From assembly GCA_905178155.1 (NCBI GenBank), contig CAJINV010000004.1:8145239-8209238 (forward strand): a stretch of DNA of 64,000 nucleotides, read 5' to 3'. Below the pieces are notes generated by a model. That model did not search any database, was not told the DNA's origin, and saw nothing but the letters and a program-made list of their open reading frames with translations. The DNA comes from Amoebophrya sp. A120. Taxonomy: Eukaryota; Protista; Dinoflagellata. Positions 23,334 to 34,812 of this stretch are shown here, piece after piece. The translations under genes and the position numbers were made by a program. How positions within the stretch are numbered: the first letter of the stretch is position 1; the number at the start of each line of letters is the position of its first letter.

Positions 23334-26300
23334 ATGGCGCGGCCGGTGGACGAGAATGACCTGACCAACGCCATTATCAAAAGGAAAAATCCGCCCTCCC
23401 CAGATCGAGAAGGAAATCTGTGATGCTGGATTTGCGTACACAAATCAAATTTGTCTTGCAGTACAGGACTGCAGGCCAATATCAAGCCAATATAGAGGGG
23501 TTTTGGCCTAGGCAGTTAGCATGAGGAACGTCTATGCTGTAGGCCCAACAGCATTACAAACCGCCTGCGTGATAATGGGGTGGAGCATATGCCGTTGCTT
23601 TCTTGCAACACAGACGCGATTTGAGGCCACAGATCAGCATCACAAATTTTCTGCGGCGTGCCTTTTTGATGTGGGGAGGGGGGATTTTTCCTTACGATAG
23701 CCATGGACCTGCTTCGGCAGGAGATGAACTCCGTGCAAGACAAGGCGTTGAAGCTGGTACAGAGTTGCTGCTTGTCGTGCGTATGAACGTAGCAGAAAAG
23801 GAGATTGTCTTGCATTGTCCGCATAGTAGAAACGCATCGTTAATACAGAAGTACCCGCATGACAACCCAAAATGATCCGACAGGTCGACAAGAAGATGGG
23901 TGGTATGATCACGGAGAAGGCAACAAGCTTGATGTCAGTTATGGAACACAGAATGGTTTGTTCTTTTCAACATTACAGACTTATTTTGTACAGTCTGAAG
24001 GTTGCATGACTTCTCGCTCAGCATGACAAACTTCATCACGCAATGTCAATGACATCGGTCAGCATGACAAAAAACTCCGAAAAGAAACATCAAACCTGAT
24101 TTCTATTCCATACCCGACGTGATGACGTCCGTCGATGCGAAGCAACAGAAAATGATGAAAACCATCGAGGCAAAATTTAACTCAACGGAGAAAGCGATAG
24201 GGATAAAGATAAAAGAAGGCGACGACAGACTCGGCGACAGGATAGACGACACAAATCGGGAATTAGCAACAACAAGACACGATTTGGCGAGAAATGTATT
24301 CATACGTATGGAGATTTGAAGATTTGATGTCGCCTCTTCAACCGCATGACAGATGACAATTGTATATGCGTAAAGAACTATATTACCACGACTGTAGAAG
24401 TAGTAGAGAAATTGAATTTTCCAGGTGCAAGAGCTGAAGAACATGATGGCAGAGCTGCGGCAAGAAACCCAGGACTCCCTCAACGACTTCAGAGAGCACG
24501 TCGACGCCGCACTGGCACAAGCTAACAAGCAGGGGGAAGACACGGCGAAACGGTTAGAAGAGGTCAACCAGATTTTGGAAGACGCCCTCGCGGAGATGAG
24601 AAAAAACCACGACATAGTGAACACGCGATTGGACGGTATGGATTGGTCTTTTTGTTGAATTTTATGTTGCGGGAGAATGGAAGTCAAACACTGCATGGTG
24701 TTGGAACATTGGGTTAAGTTTAGGCGCATGGAGGTGAAAAACAAATGGGCCACATGACGAACCACCATCATACTTATTTCAGGTCTGATCATGTACCAGC
24801 GGCAGCTCGAGCAGGATTTATTCGCGTGTGAAAACGTCGCGGCCAGAAGAGTGGAGTGGGAAATCACGGACGCAAAACGACTCTTGCTCGCGAGCAGAAG
24901 AATAGCACTCGCCTCTACCATATGTCTTGTAAAAATGTCTGGGTCTGGAAGATCGCTGAGGTTTGTGATGCTGTGCCTGCTTGACACGGAAGGTGTGCCA
25001 TGCAAGGCCTAGCATCACAGGTTTTTGAGGCGGTTCGAAAGAAGGTGTTTGTCATGCGGGTTAAGCATTGGGAAACGGGTGTTTTTCCCAATGCTTAACC
25101 CGCATGACAAACACCTTCTTTCGGCGACAGGAAAAGGAGCTCCCTTTGCTGTTTAAGCACGACAGATTTTTGTGTGATCCAAGTGTGCGTCACAAGGTCG
25201 CATCCTTCCAGACCCAGACATTTTTGCATTTCATATACCACCGTGCAGGGGACGCCCAGGCAGTCGTTTTTCTCACCGCCCTTCTCCGCAGCGGGGGTGA
25301 GGAATCTGCAAATCGAGTTGGCGGTGAAATTTAAACAGGCACCCAGCAAAGCCGCAACCAGCGATGTACACATCGGGGAGGCGCACATCTATTTGTGGGC
25401 GCCGAAGGGGACACATGTGTGGTTCAGGCTGTACTTGAACGACATGGTCAAGACATTTGAAGGTATTGGGATGATATTAATGTGTTTGAAAATCACACAT
25501 GTGAACCAGATGAGAAGGGCATTTTCTGCACCACCACAAAAATCCTATCAGGAACCTACCCCTCCCGACAGCCGGTCGGCGGTTTTTTCGGCGACATAGA
25601 CGTGCCAGTCAAGCAGCCAGCCGACGACTTCAAAATGCTGATCACGCTCGAGGTCAGCGAGTCAAAGGTGGTCCAGAGACACGAGATCGCACCCTATGTC
25701 GCGGTGAACGCCCAGGACGGAATCAGCTGCTCTGGAAACCTGTATTTTAGTCGACACGTGAATCACAGGCTGTTGGACCAGGTAAATTGGTGATGTTGTT
25801 CTTGTCCATCTGTTCTACTTTTCATTAAGACCGCTTGTTCATATGTAGTCAAACCGTTGGACCTTCGTCAACCAAAACTCTCAAGATCCGTTCCTTGACC
25901 AGGAGGAAATCGAAAACCTCTAAAATCTGCACCATGGAAATTCCATTAGATCCTTTTGAAAAAGAACCGGAGCGGTTATCTCACTGAAGCGAATTTTCCC
26001 AGTTTCGCGCTAAGTGTCAGGCCGCTCCAAAAATGAATCTCTTGCCTAGTTTCTTAACTGCTTCGGCTCTTTTTCGTGCTGAATCCGCAGTTGCTTAGCT
26101 AGGCGACACTGATCTGTGATTTTAGCTGTTATAGTTCTGCTACACAGAGGAACTGGTACTACAGCCCCAGCACGGTTGTGGTGATGTCCACCAACATGAT
26201 TATTACCCTTTTCAAGGCTTAATCTTTTCCAAGATTCAAAAGTCTGTGACGACCAAAACACTGAGACATACGTATGACTTCCGCACTATCAACACTCTTT

Positions 26301-27791
26301 CCGCCCCGCCACCGCCTCGTGCGTGTGGTGGCACCCGTCACACCCGCACGCCCTGTGTGGCAAAAGTGTGGATTTTTCCACCTTTCAAATACATGATTAC
26401 ACTCCGTTTAAGGCTTAATCTTTTCCAAGATTGACAAGTCTTTGACGACCGAAAAACTGAGACATACGTATGATTTAGGTTTAGTTTTTTACACCCTGGG
26501 AGAAACCCTCCTTCTCCGTGATGACCAACCTTGAGTATTCTGACACCTCTATTCAAAGAGGTTTCGTTCGAACGTCGATCAAGCCTCGATGTGAATCTAA
26601 ACCAAGTTATCCCTGTCTGAGTTGTGGTGAAACAAGTTATCATGCGAAACAACAGCGTTTCGCTTCGGTGCTCTTAGATCGTTATGATGACCAACCTTGA
26701 GTTCTGACACCTCTATTCAAAGAGGTTTGTCAAACGAACAAACTTCGATGTGAATCTCAATCAAGTTATCCCTGTCTGATTTTTTTTCGTTGATTTCTCA
26801 TACGGGATGAGCGGTCCTAATGCCTCTCGCAATGACGACGTAGAACCCCAATGAAAAATATCAAACCGAAATCCGCGGTTCTACTTACATCCAGGTCAAG
26901 CAGCAAGTCGAGGTGATCCGCAGTAGGATGCTGAAAAAAGTGGAATGGAAGGTGGAGAACGCAACGCAACTCCAGGAGCAGTTTCCTGCGGGAAGCGCGA
27001 TGCTGAGTCCCTATTTCGCTGTCGCGGGAATCGACAAACTCAGATTCCAGTTCTTCCCCAGTGGGTAAGTATATGCTTGTTGGTGTGGGTGGTGAAAGAG
27101 TATTTTGTCATGCAAAGAATCGTGCATGTCAATTTACATGGCACGTTTCTTCCCGGAAGATGCACTGAAACCCAATACAAGGTACCTCGACCCCGATGAG
27201 AATCCACAGGCGGTGAAGGGTTTTTGCTCGCTGTTTCTCCACTGCCCAGCCGGAACCACGATTAATGGCGTTCTCTCCATCAACATGAACGGCAACATCC
27301 AGAAGCGACCGATAGAGCACTTCTACCCGGACGCGGGATCGTTTGGACGGACGTTATTCTGCCGATACGCGGTGATACCAGGGTCGCATCCCGAAGATTT
27401 TCTGGTCATTAGTCTCGAGGTACAGAGAAATGCTTTCGATGAACTTGTAATGCATACCATGCAGCAATTGATGTTGATATGGTTCCTATTACGACGCAAT
27501 TCTGTTTCATAATGTGCATGAAATGTACCGATTCCAACAATCCATAAGGTCAACTCCGCGGAGCAGAAGCTGCAGTCAACAAACAATGACGTGGACGAGA
27601 GCGGCACGCTGCAGGTGAGACGCGGCGTGGTAGACACGAGCGACCTGAACGAAGTGCGGGTCTTACCAACGCTCTGGACCCGATATAGCCAGATGGGACA
27701 ACGGCTCCCGATCCGGCCCACAGAGGATCCCCCAAATCCCCCGCCGGTCAAGAAGAAATCGCGGTTCTCGCTGTTGCGGCGCAACAAGTGA
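23334..27791 (+). CDS. Coiled-coil plus tandem MATH/TRAF-like domain protein, multi-exon
   Basis: RVEWEITDAK..SPPFSAAGVRNLQIEL..HIYLWAPKG, then KVEWKVENAT..SPYFAVAGIDKLRFQFFP..GFCSLFLHCPAG..SFGRTLFC. Confidence 0.75.
23375..23699. mobile_element. Introner family B
   Basis: Family B TIRs; DR gccat/gccat. Confidence 0.95.
23940..24112. mobile_element. Degenerate TIR intron (singleton)
   Basis: TATGGAA...TTCCATA; removing the element plus 5 nt restores the frame; internal GCATGACAA motifs. Confidence 0.65.
24921..25235. mobile_element. Introner family A with an internal 40-bp foldback
   Basis: Family A TIRs; DR tacca/tacca. Confidence 0.9.
26196..26277 (+). ncRNA. Candidate box C/D snoRNA, 18S 5'-region guide, copy 1
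   Basis: C-like box ATGATTA; GGCTTAATCTTT is antisense to 18S AAAGAUUAAGCC; C' TGACGA; CTGA at 26261; duplicated. Confidence 0.6.
26393..26473 (+). ncRNA. Candidate box C/D snoRNA, 18S 5'-region guide, copy 2
   Basis: Same boxes and guide as copy 1; CTGA at 26457. Confidence 0.6.
26518..26620 (+). ncRNA. Box C/D snoRNA, snR38/SNORD1-like, double guide, copy 1
   Basis: GTGATGA; TTCTGACACCTCT is antisense to LSU AGAGGUGUCAGAA; AGTTATCCCTGT-CTGA is antisense to LSU ACAGGGAUAACU. Confidence 0.85.
26684..26779 (+). ncRNA. Box C/D snoRNA, snR38/SNORD1-like, double guide, copy 2
   Basis: ATGATGA...TTCTGACACCTCT...AGTTATCCCTGTCTGA. Confidence 0.85.
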
Positions 27792-28802
27792 GTGCGGTGT
27801 GGTCGTAGGGGAAGGAATACCGACTCCAGAAAATCCGCGCATCAAATTTGTATTTTAGCTGAGAAAGCCATCTCGCAATTAATACGTTTCAACCGAATAC
27901 TCAACCACTTTTTTATCAAACACTTCTAGTAAAAATTTAGCTTCGAAATACCTAACACACGTTCAACACACTTCTAATTTAGCTTCGAGAAAACACTTCG
28001 ATAGATTATAATTTCAGAGATGATCACGCGAGAAATTAAGCTGCACTAAATGCTGGTATTGCATGACCACACTGTTTCTAAGTTTCCACGATAATTTCAG
28101 AGAACACAACACTGTTTCTAAGTTTCTAACCGAGAAAACGCTATAGGAGGACTAGAGAGCCTCCAACTTTAGAGCCTGTTATTTAAACCTTACTTTTGCA
28201 CAGAAAAACTCTCTGTCAGAGAGGCGGGGAGCACCTACTACGCAGGACCAGCACTAGCTCTACAGTTTTGTACCAAATGAGCTAAGTCTGGTAGAGGTAC
28301 TGCTACCTTCCCGCTGAAGGCGACAGCAATCGTGTGTACTTATTTCCTCGAAGAACGTATCAGTATGCATAGAAGAATGCACCGTAGCAGGATGGATCTG
28401 AGGAATCAATATACACGTACCGATAATGCACACTTCTCGAGTTTTTAGTTTTTTGTTAATCTCAATTATAACGACTGGCTTTCTGCTGCGAATGAAGAAA
28501 ACGCGATTTCATGTACAAAAATCTGATTGAGCTGCTGTTGTCGATGAAATTTGAAAAGAAGCTTCCGGGAGCCGCGTTTTCTTGGGGTGAAGCAACACTA
28601 CTTGGCGACGCAGCATATCTTCCTCAACCAGGATAATAGTTCCGTGTTCGTGTTGCTGCAAGCGCTTTGAATGGATCTACTCCGCGAGAGGATGCTCTTT
28701 CGTGCTGCACTGCGTCGCGCAATCAACTTCGCTTGGTGGTCGCTCACTTACTTTCTTAGTAAGCCTGTATTGTAATTTTAGGAACAGTTCTACCGTACGA
28801 AA

Positions 28803-31800
28803 ATGTCGCCTTCGTTCCTTCCGTCGTCCCAAGGACGGTTCAATTTTTGCGTGTCTTTGTTCCTAGTGACCTCTCTAGCTGTCCATTTGTACCTCGCCCC
28901 GACTGCAAACGCCCAGTTCGTGTCCGGCGAGCATCAGCAGTTCCACATAATCAAACCAGGCGGCCCCTCTCCGCCGGTGATTCATCCCGACCAGGCCTCC
29001 GACCCGTCCGTCATTCCGCACATCCAGACCCAAATCGTGACCTACTACCACATATGGATTGCAAATATGTCTGGGTTTGGAAAGTTGTAATGCTGCGTTG
29101 GGAATCGTGAGTGCTCTGTCATGCACAGCCAAGCATGAGAAATATCTGCGCTTCTTTGTGTTGCGCTTTTCGCGTGGCAAACTGCGTTTTTGCATGACAG
29201 GCAAGAGGGTCTCTTCTTGGACACGCGTGACAAACTTTTTGGTCATGCCGGACAAGCATGACAAAACTCGCAATCTTCCAGACCCAGACATGTTTGCAAT
29301 CCATACCACAATGAGCAAACGAAGGCGCAACACGCGTCCAGTTCCATCGACGCAGTGTGTGGTGCGGCGGCTGCTCCGCCCTTTTACAGCGAGGGGCGGG
29401 ACGAGGCGAGATTGCAGTGGACGACGACGAGTAGCACGGGGAAAAGAAAAGCAGATGCGGAACAGAAAATCGGGGAGATAGAAGACGGGGTCCGGAGTCT
29501 CGCCAAATTGGAGCTCAATGTTACTACCGCGGAAGAGGACGGTGGTGGAACATCAAAGGCGGTTATTGATGAGGAGCTTCTTCTCCGCTTGTACCTACAC
29601 TACAGTACTAACAGGAAAATAAACGGCGCCACCACCAGCGATGTTGAAACATATCAAGTGTAAAAATGTCTGGGTCTGGAAGAATGCGCGACTTGTCATG
29701 CAGATTTTCCATGATCCATGAGGTCTGGCATGCAGGACCTAGCATGACAGATTCTGTGCGATCTCTCTCATGCCTATCCTGCATGAGAAATCCCCTCCCG
29801 ACGTGGTCAAAACTGGACGACTTTTGGTAATCATGCAACACAGATTTTTACATGCTTCAGATTTAGCATGACAAGTTGCATTCTTCCAGACCCAGACACT
29901 TTTACATTTGATAAAACAGACGCACCAACAACAGCCGCCGTCACCGAGCTCCAAACCCAGTTGTCTCAAGTCCTCCAGCTAGATCAGCCGTCGTTGCTCA
30001 TATGAAATGCAAAAATGTCTGGGTCTGGAAGAGTGCGAACTTGTGATGCGTGTTGCGGATCATACAGAAATCTGTGTTGCATGACTTGCAAAAGGTCCCC
30101 ATTTTTCGCCATGCTGAGAGGGCATCTCTCATGCATAATGGGCATCACCAACGGGCTGCAGAACCTGTGATGCTAGGCCCTGCATTCCAGACTTGGCGGA
30201 GCTTGGAAAAACTGCATGACAAATCTCGGAATCTTCCAGACCCAGACACTTTTACATTTGATAGCTCACCCAATTACTCGACACGGTAGGAAACGACAAG
30301 GTGAAACAACTCAGGAAACAAACCCTAGACGCTTGCCTCATCCTCGCTATCTTTGAGGCGGTGCTTGATAAAGAACGAGATGAACCCAGCGATAATTACA
30401 ATCTCGCAAGACCAAGGGGACCAGATGAGGTGTTCTTTCACAAGAAAGCAAACGTCGATTACATCGAGCAGCTCCACCAAAGCGCGCTGTTTCTCTGGCG
30501 ATCGCACTTCGCCAAATCGCAGTATAAGGAGCACCGGTGTCGGCACTTTTTCCTCGCGAAGCAAATCCAGAAGGACGCCGAGGAGTTTCGCGTGGCGGCG
30601 AACCGCACACTCTGGATCGCCGCGAGCGCAGCGAGGAAAAATGAGCAAGGGCAGCATCTCAACTTAGAAGAAGTGAAAACAACCACCACCTACGGTGCCT
30701 TATGCATAGCAAATACGTGTCTGGCTCTGGAAAGAATGGAACTTGTGATGCAAACTTTTAATCACGCGAAAACCTGTATTGTATGAGCAGCAAATAAAGC
30801 GCTCAGATTTTTGCCACCTCCCGGACAGGAGAGCATTTCTCATGCAGGATGGGCATGAGCAGGCCTTCGCAAAAGCTGTGTTGACGCTAGAGCATGCATC
30901 ACAGACATCGCGGGTCATGTACAAGCTGCATGACAAATTTCCCAATCTTCTCCAGACCCAGACATATTTGCATTTGATACGCCTCCCTCGCCACGTATGC
31001 CACCTTCTACGCCACCACCCTCGCCGCCTCCCCGGAATGGTCGGGGCAAAACCGAGATTTGCTCGAGCTGCAGCTTTACCAGCCGAGCTACATGCGGTGC
31101 TACTCCAGGTTGGCCTTTGTCCGGCCTCCGATCTTCGTCTGGCCCGTGATGTGGAGCACGAGTATCGCGTACCAACGGCTACGGGACGACCCGGTGGCGA
31201 GTCCGAAGGAAGTTATGGCACTCTCAAACGTTACATGTTACATGAATTTGTCATGCAAAACCACCATCATCATCCACACGATCAAGCTGCGTCGCGTGAC
31301 AAATCTGCGAAGGGCTAAACAGCACCTAAATCTGCGCGAAATTTGTAATACTAAATGTGCAGCCTCCCCATCTTTGACTTTTGCTATTCTTGCATCACAA
31401 ATTCGTGTAGCAGTTGAGAGCGTAACGGTTGAGAACGCCATAGAAGTCGGCCACACTGTCGGCGGGCACGAGGCCCACGCGACGCGCACCGGGAAGTTCT
31501 GGGTATCAAATGCAAAAATGTCTGCGTCTGGAAGAGGAGAAGTTTGTCATGCACGTTTTCCATGGTCCATGAGGTCTCTGATGTATGCTATAGCATCACA
31601 GATTTTTTGAGCGCCTATCGATGCGCATCCTGCATGACAAATGCACTCTCCGCGTAGCCAAATTTGACTCCTGTTGCTGCTCATACAATACACATTTTTT
31701 TCGCATCCAAATGCAGCATCACAAGTTAGGCTCTTCCAGACCCAGACATAGTTGCAATCCATACTGGGACTCGACCTACAATTTCTTCGTCACACCGAGC

Positions 31801-33093
31801 GCAGAACACGCTGCGCACGTCGACTACGCCCTGGACAGCAGCTATGTCTTCGAGGATCCTTCCGACAAGCTACGGCACCGCAAGATCCGGTTTGCGCGGA
31901 TTGACCAAATACAGCATTTGAGCGTGTTGAAACACCTACTCCTGCACAAACCAGGGGCCTACAAGGTGAACGACAGCAGTCACTCCGCGCAGCTCTCGCA
32001 TGCGATTTCCCACCACCTCCTCCCGCCCTGGTTCGAGCAAATTATCGAGTTCGGGGGAGGAACGGGAGAATTGGTAGCGCTGGTTTTTGAAGAAGCGAAG
32101 CAATTCGGGAAAAAACAGAACCCGAGATTTCTGATTTACGACACGCCCCCGATGCTGAATTTGCAGAAATACTTCTTGCGGTTTTCCGGCTTGCCGGCAA
32201 AGTTGGTGAAGACAACTGGTACTACTACTAGTACTGGTAGGAAGATCACAACTACTCCAGCAGCTGGTACAACAACTTCTACTACGAGTAGTGCAACTAT
32301 GCCTGCTCTGGCGCCAACAAATAAGGAGCAACTGTCAAGCGAGATCTTACTTCTTCCCAGCACGGTTTTCCAAAAGGACAGGCAGCTGTTCCACAACACG
32401 GTGAAGAAGCAGCTCCTACCCTCCAACACCCTCGTCGTGGGGTTCTATTCCCTCTCCGAAGCACCGCTCACGGTGAGAAAACGGTTTCTCTCCGCTGTGA
32501 CCGACGAGAAACAGAACCAGCCGCCGGCGACGGTCTTGCTGGTTCTAAATTCCTTCGACGGCATGCGGTGGTCGCAGTCGATTGCAGACATGAAAAAGGA
32601 GTTTTTTGACAGGTACGATTACGAAGCGTGTTGCTGGCGGATGGACCACTTTGGCCGGTTGGAGGGAACTTCCGCGGTCAGTTACTACTTCGTCGCGGTC
32701 AGGAAAAGTGCGTGGGCAAACTGGAAGAGTGAAGTGGGGAGTGCGCATGGTAGTGAGGCGAAACACGCCCTACCTGCGAGTTTACGGTGCGAACCTGCGA
32801 TTGGGTGCAATGCAGCGACGCTGGCAAAGGAGTTCTCCACCTGTACCGTTCCGGGGAGCAGTGGTGTCGGGAACAGTGGTGTGGGGAGCAGCGGTGTGGG
32901 GTCTGGTGTTGGAGATGGAGGTGAAATAAAGCATGCAACAATAAATGGATCTGTTGATGATGTTGTGAGTAAGAACAGTACAGCAACCACGCGTGGTGGA
33001 AGTGAGTCTAGTAATTCTACAGAAGATGAGATGAAACACACGGTAGAGAAAAAACCTGATTTGGAAAAGACACGCAGCAATGCTGCTACTTAA
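28803..33093 (+). CDS. Signal-peptide protein with a C-terminal putative sugar O-methyltransferase domain; 6 TIR introns
   Basis: Hydrophobic N-terminus; IIEFGGGTGEL..FLIYDTPPMLNLQKYFL..GFYSLSEAP motifs; the frame is continuous after removing the elements. Confidence 0.75.
29053..29305. mobile_element. Introner family A
   Basis: Family A TIRs; DR ccaca/ccaca. Confidence 0.95.
29652..29913. mobile_element. Introner family A
   Basis: Family A TIRs; DR aaaca/aaaca. Confidence 0.95.
30001..30263. mobile_element. Introner family A
   Basis: Family A TIRs; DR gctca/gctca. Confidence 0.95.
30701..30979. mobile_element. Introner family A
   Basis: Degenerate left TIR; DR tgcct/cgcct. Confidence 0.9.
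31214..31442. mobile_element. TIR intron (singleton)
   Basis: TATGGCACTCTCAAACGTTAC...GTAACGGTTGAGAACGCCATA; DR gaagt/gaagt. Confidence 0.85.
31504..31763. mobile_element. Introner family A
   Basis: Family A TIRs; DR ctggg/ctggg. Confidence 0.95.
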
Positions 33094-34812
33094 GAAGCCG
33101 AGCGTCGTCGCCAGAGCTCGATGATTTTACAGACGGCAGGACTTTTTTCTTTCTGCTTACGTGTGGTCGCGATATTCTTCAAAAGCGCCAATCTAACGCT
33201 TTCTGTGTTCATCTTCATTCTGGATAGCTGAGTGGCATTTGCTGTGGTTCCCAATACAAGCGCAACTGTGTGAGCTGGGGGAAGCGAATAGACAGCCGCG
33301 GGCCCTTCTTGTGCGCTGTGCCCAGCAGCGGCGCTTCTTTTCTGGCTGAGCCGACTGGTGACGCGCCAAGACTCGCGGACGCCGCGGGCGGAGCGCCCCG
33401 CGCCCCGCCTTCGCCAACATACGCGGCCGCCGGCATCTTCTTGGCCGCCGTGCGTGGCTGGTTTGTCCGGTCCTGGCGCATTCTACTCCAAGCCCGCAGC
33501 GCGGCAGGAAGTTGGTTGCGCGTGGGCGGGCGGACGGCGGGGCCGCCCCCATTTCGGCGCTGCCGGTGTTCGGCGGCGTGGGCGGATGGAGACCCGTTGT
33601 GGGCCCCTGCGCCAGGGGGGCAATGTCTTGGGGCTGCCGGATGTGAGAAAGAGGTCGGAGGCCGTGGCCAGTGCGCTGCCGAGCCCCCCGCCGGGGCAAG
33701 GAAGCGCCGCGCGCCTGGGCACGCACGGCGACGGTGATGCCCATTGTGCGGGGCGTCGATGGGTGTCGGAGACGTGCCCCGTGATGTCCTTCTCCCCGCC
33801 ATGGGCAGCGGGCTCGAGGTCCCGTTGGTTCTGCTGGACGGAAGGCTTTGAATCTCCGGCCAGGACTTCAACAAAACCGGCGACGCGCCTGCACATACCA
33901 GGCAAATCACTGCAACGGCAGCGCATGAGCATCAGCATGGTGGTGCGCCTCTTGCTCCTAGCGGATATACTCCGCCGGGCGCCGAAAGGTAGCGCGAAAT
34001 GCGTCCGCGGCGCTGCCGCGCGTGTTGCCGCCCAGGCGGCCAGGCGGGCGCCGCCAAACTCCGCGCGACAACGTGGACCGGGTCAGCCCGCCGCTTTGGA
34101 TTTCCGAGCCCGGCGGCGGCGACTTGGACGAATCGGAGGAAATGGGCGCTACAGTCGAGGAGCTACGAGGCGGCGCCGGCGGTGCTCAATCTTTGGCCGC
34201 CTTCTTCGGCGGCCCGGCGGGCTTGCCCGGCCGACGCGGGGCGCCCCGGCCCGGGCGCTTCCGCCCTGCGTCGTGTATAGTGTGCACCCGCTGGCCTAAT
34301 TGTGCGCGCGCGCGCCCTCTGCCGGCCGCTTCCCCCCGTGCCCCCGGGGGGTGGCGCCCATCCTGCAAGCAGCCGGAGCAAGCCTGCTGGCGGCGTCACC
34401 GCGGGCTCCCGTGCCCGTTGTAGCGGACGCCGGCGCTTGGTGTGTGTAAGTATACTCCCAGCGCGCGCTCGAAAGAGGCGAGCAGGCGGCGCGCATGGGG
34501 AGGGCGGGTTCCCCCCCTCGTTGCGCAGCAGGTTTGTGCGAGTGCGAGTTGAAAATGTTATTGGCCTTTGGCGTAAAGAATGTGTGCGGTCCGCCAGCAT
34601 GGACTGGAAGGAGCTGTTGCCCTCACTTCTTCGAAGCTAACCCGCAGTGAAAGTGTTCGCCCCTAATTTCACGAGCGAGCCTTGCGTGGTCGCCTGCTGT
34701 CTCGGCAGGCCGGCTCTCGAGAGAGACAATTCCATTTCCCGAGCGAAAAAAACCTACGCTCAGCCCCTTTTTCGGCCAGCCGCTTCAAGCTGGCCGTCGG
34801 CTCCTGATAAAG

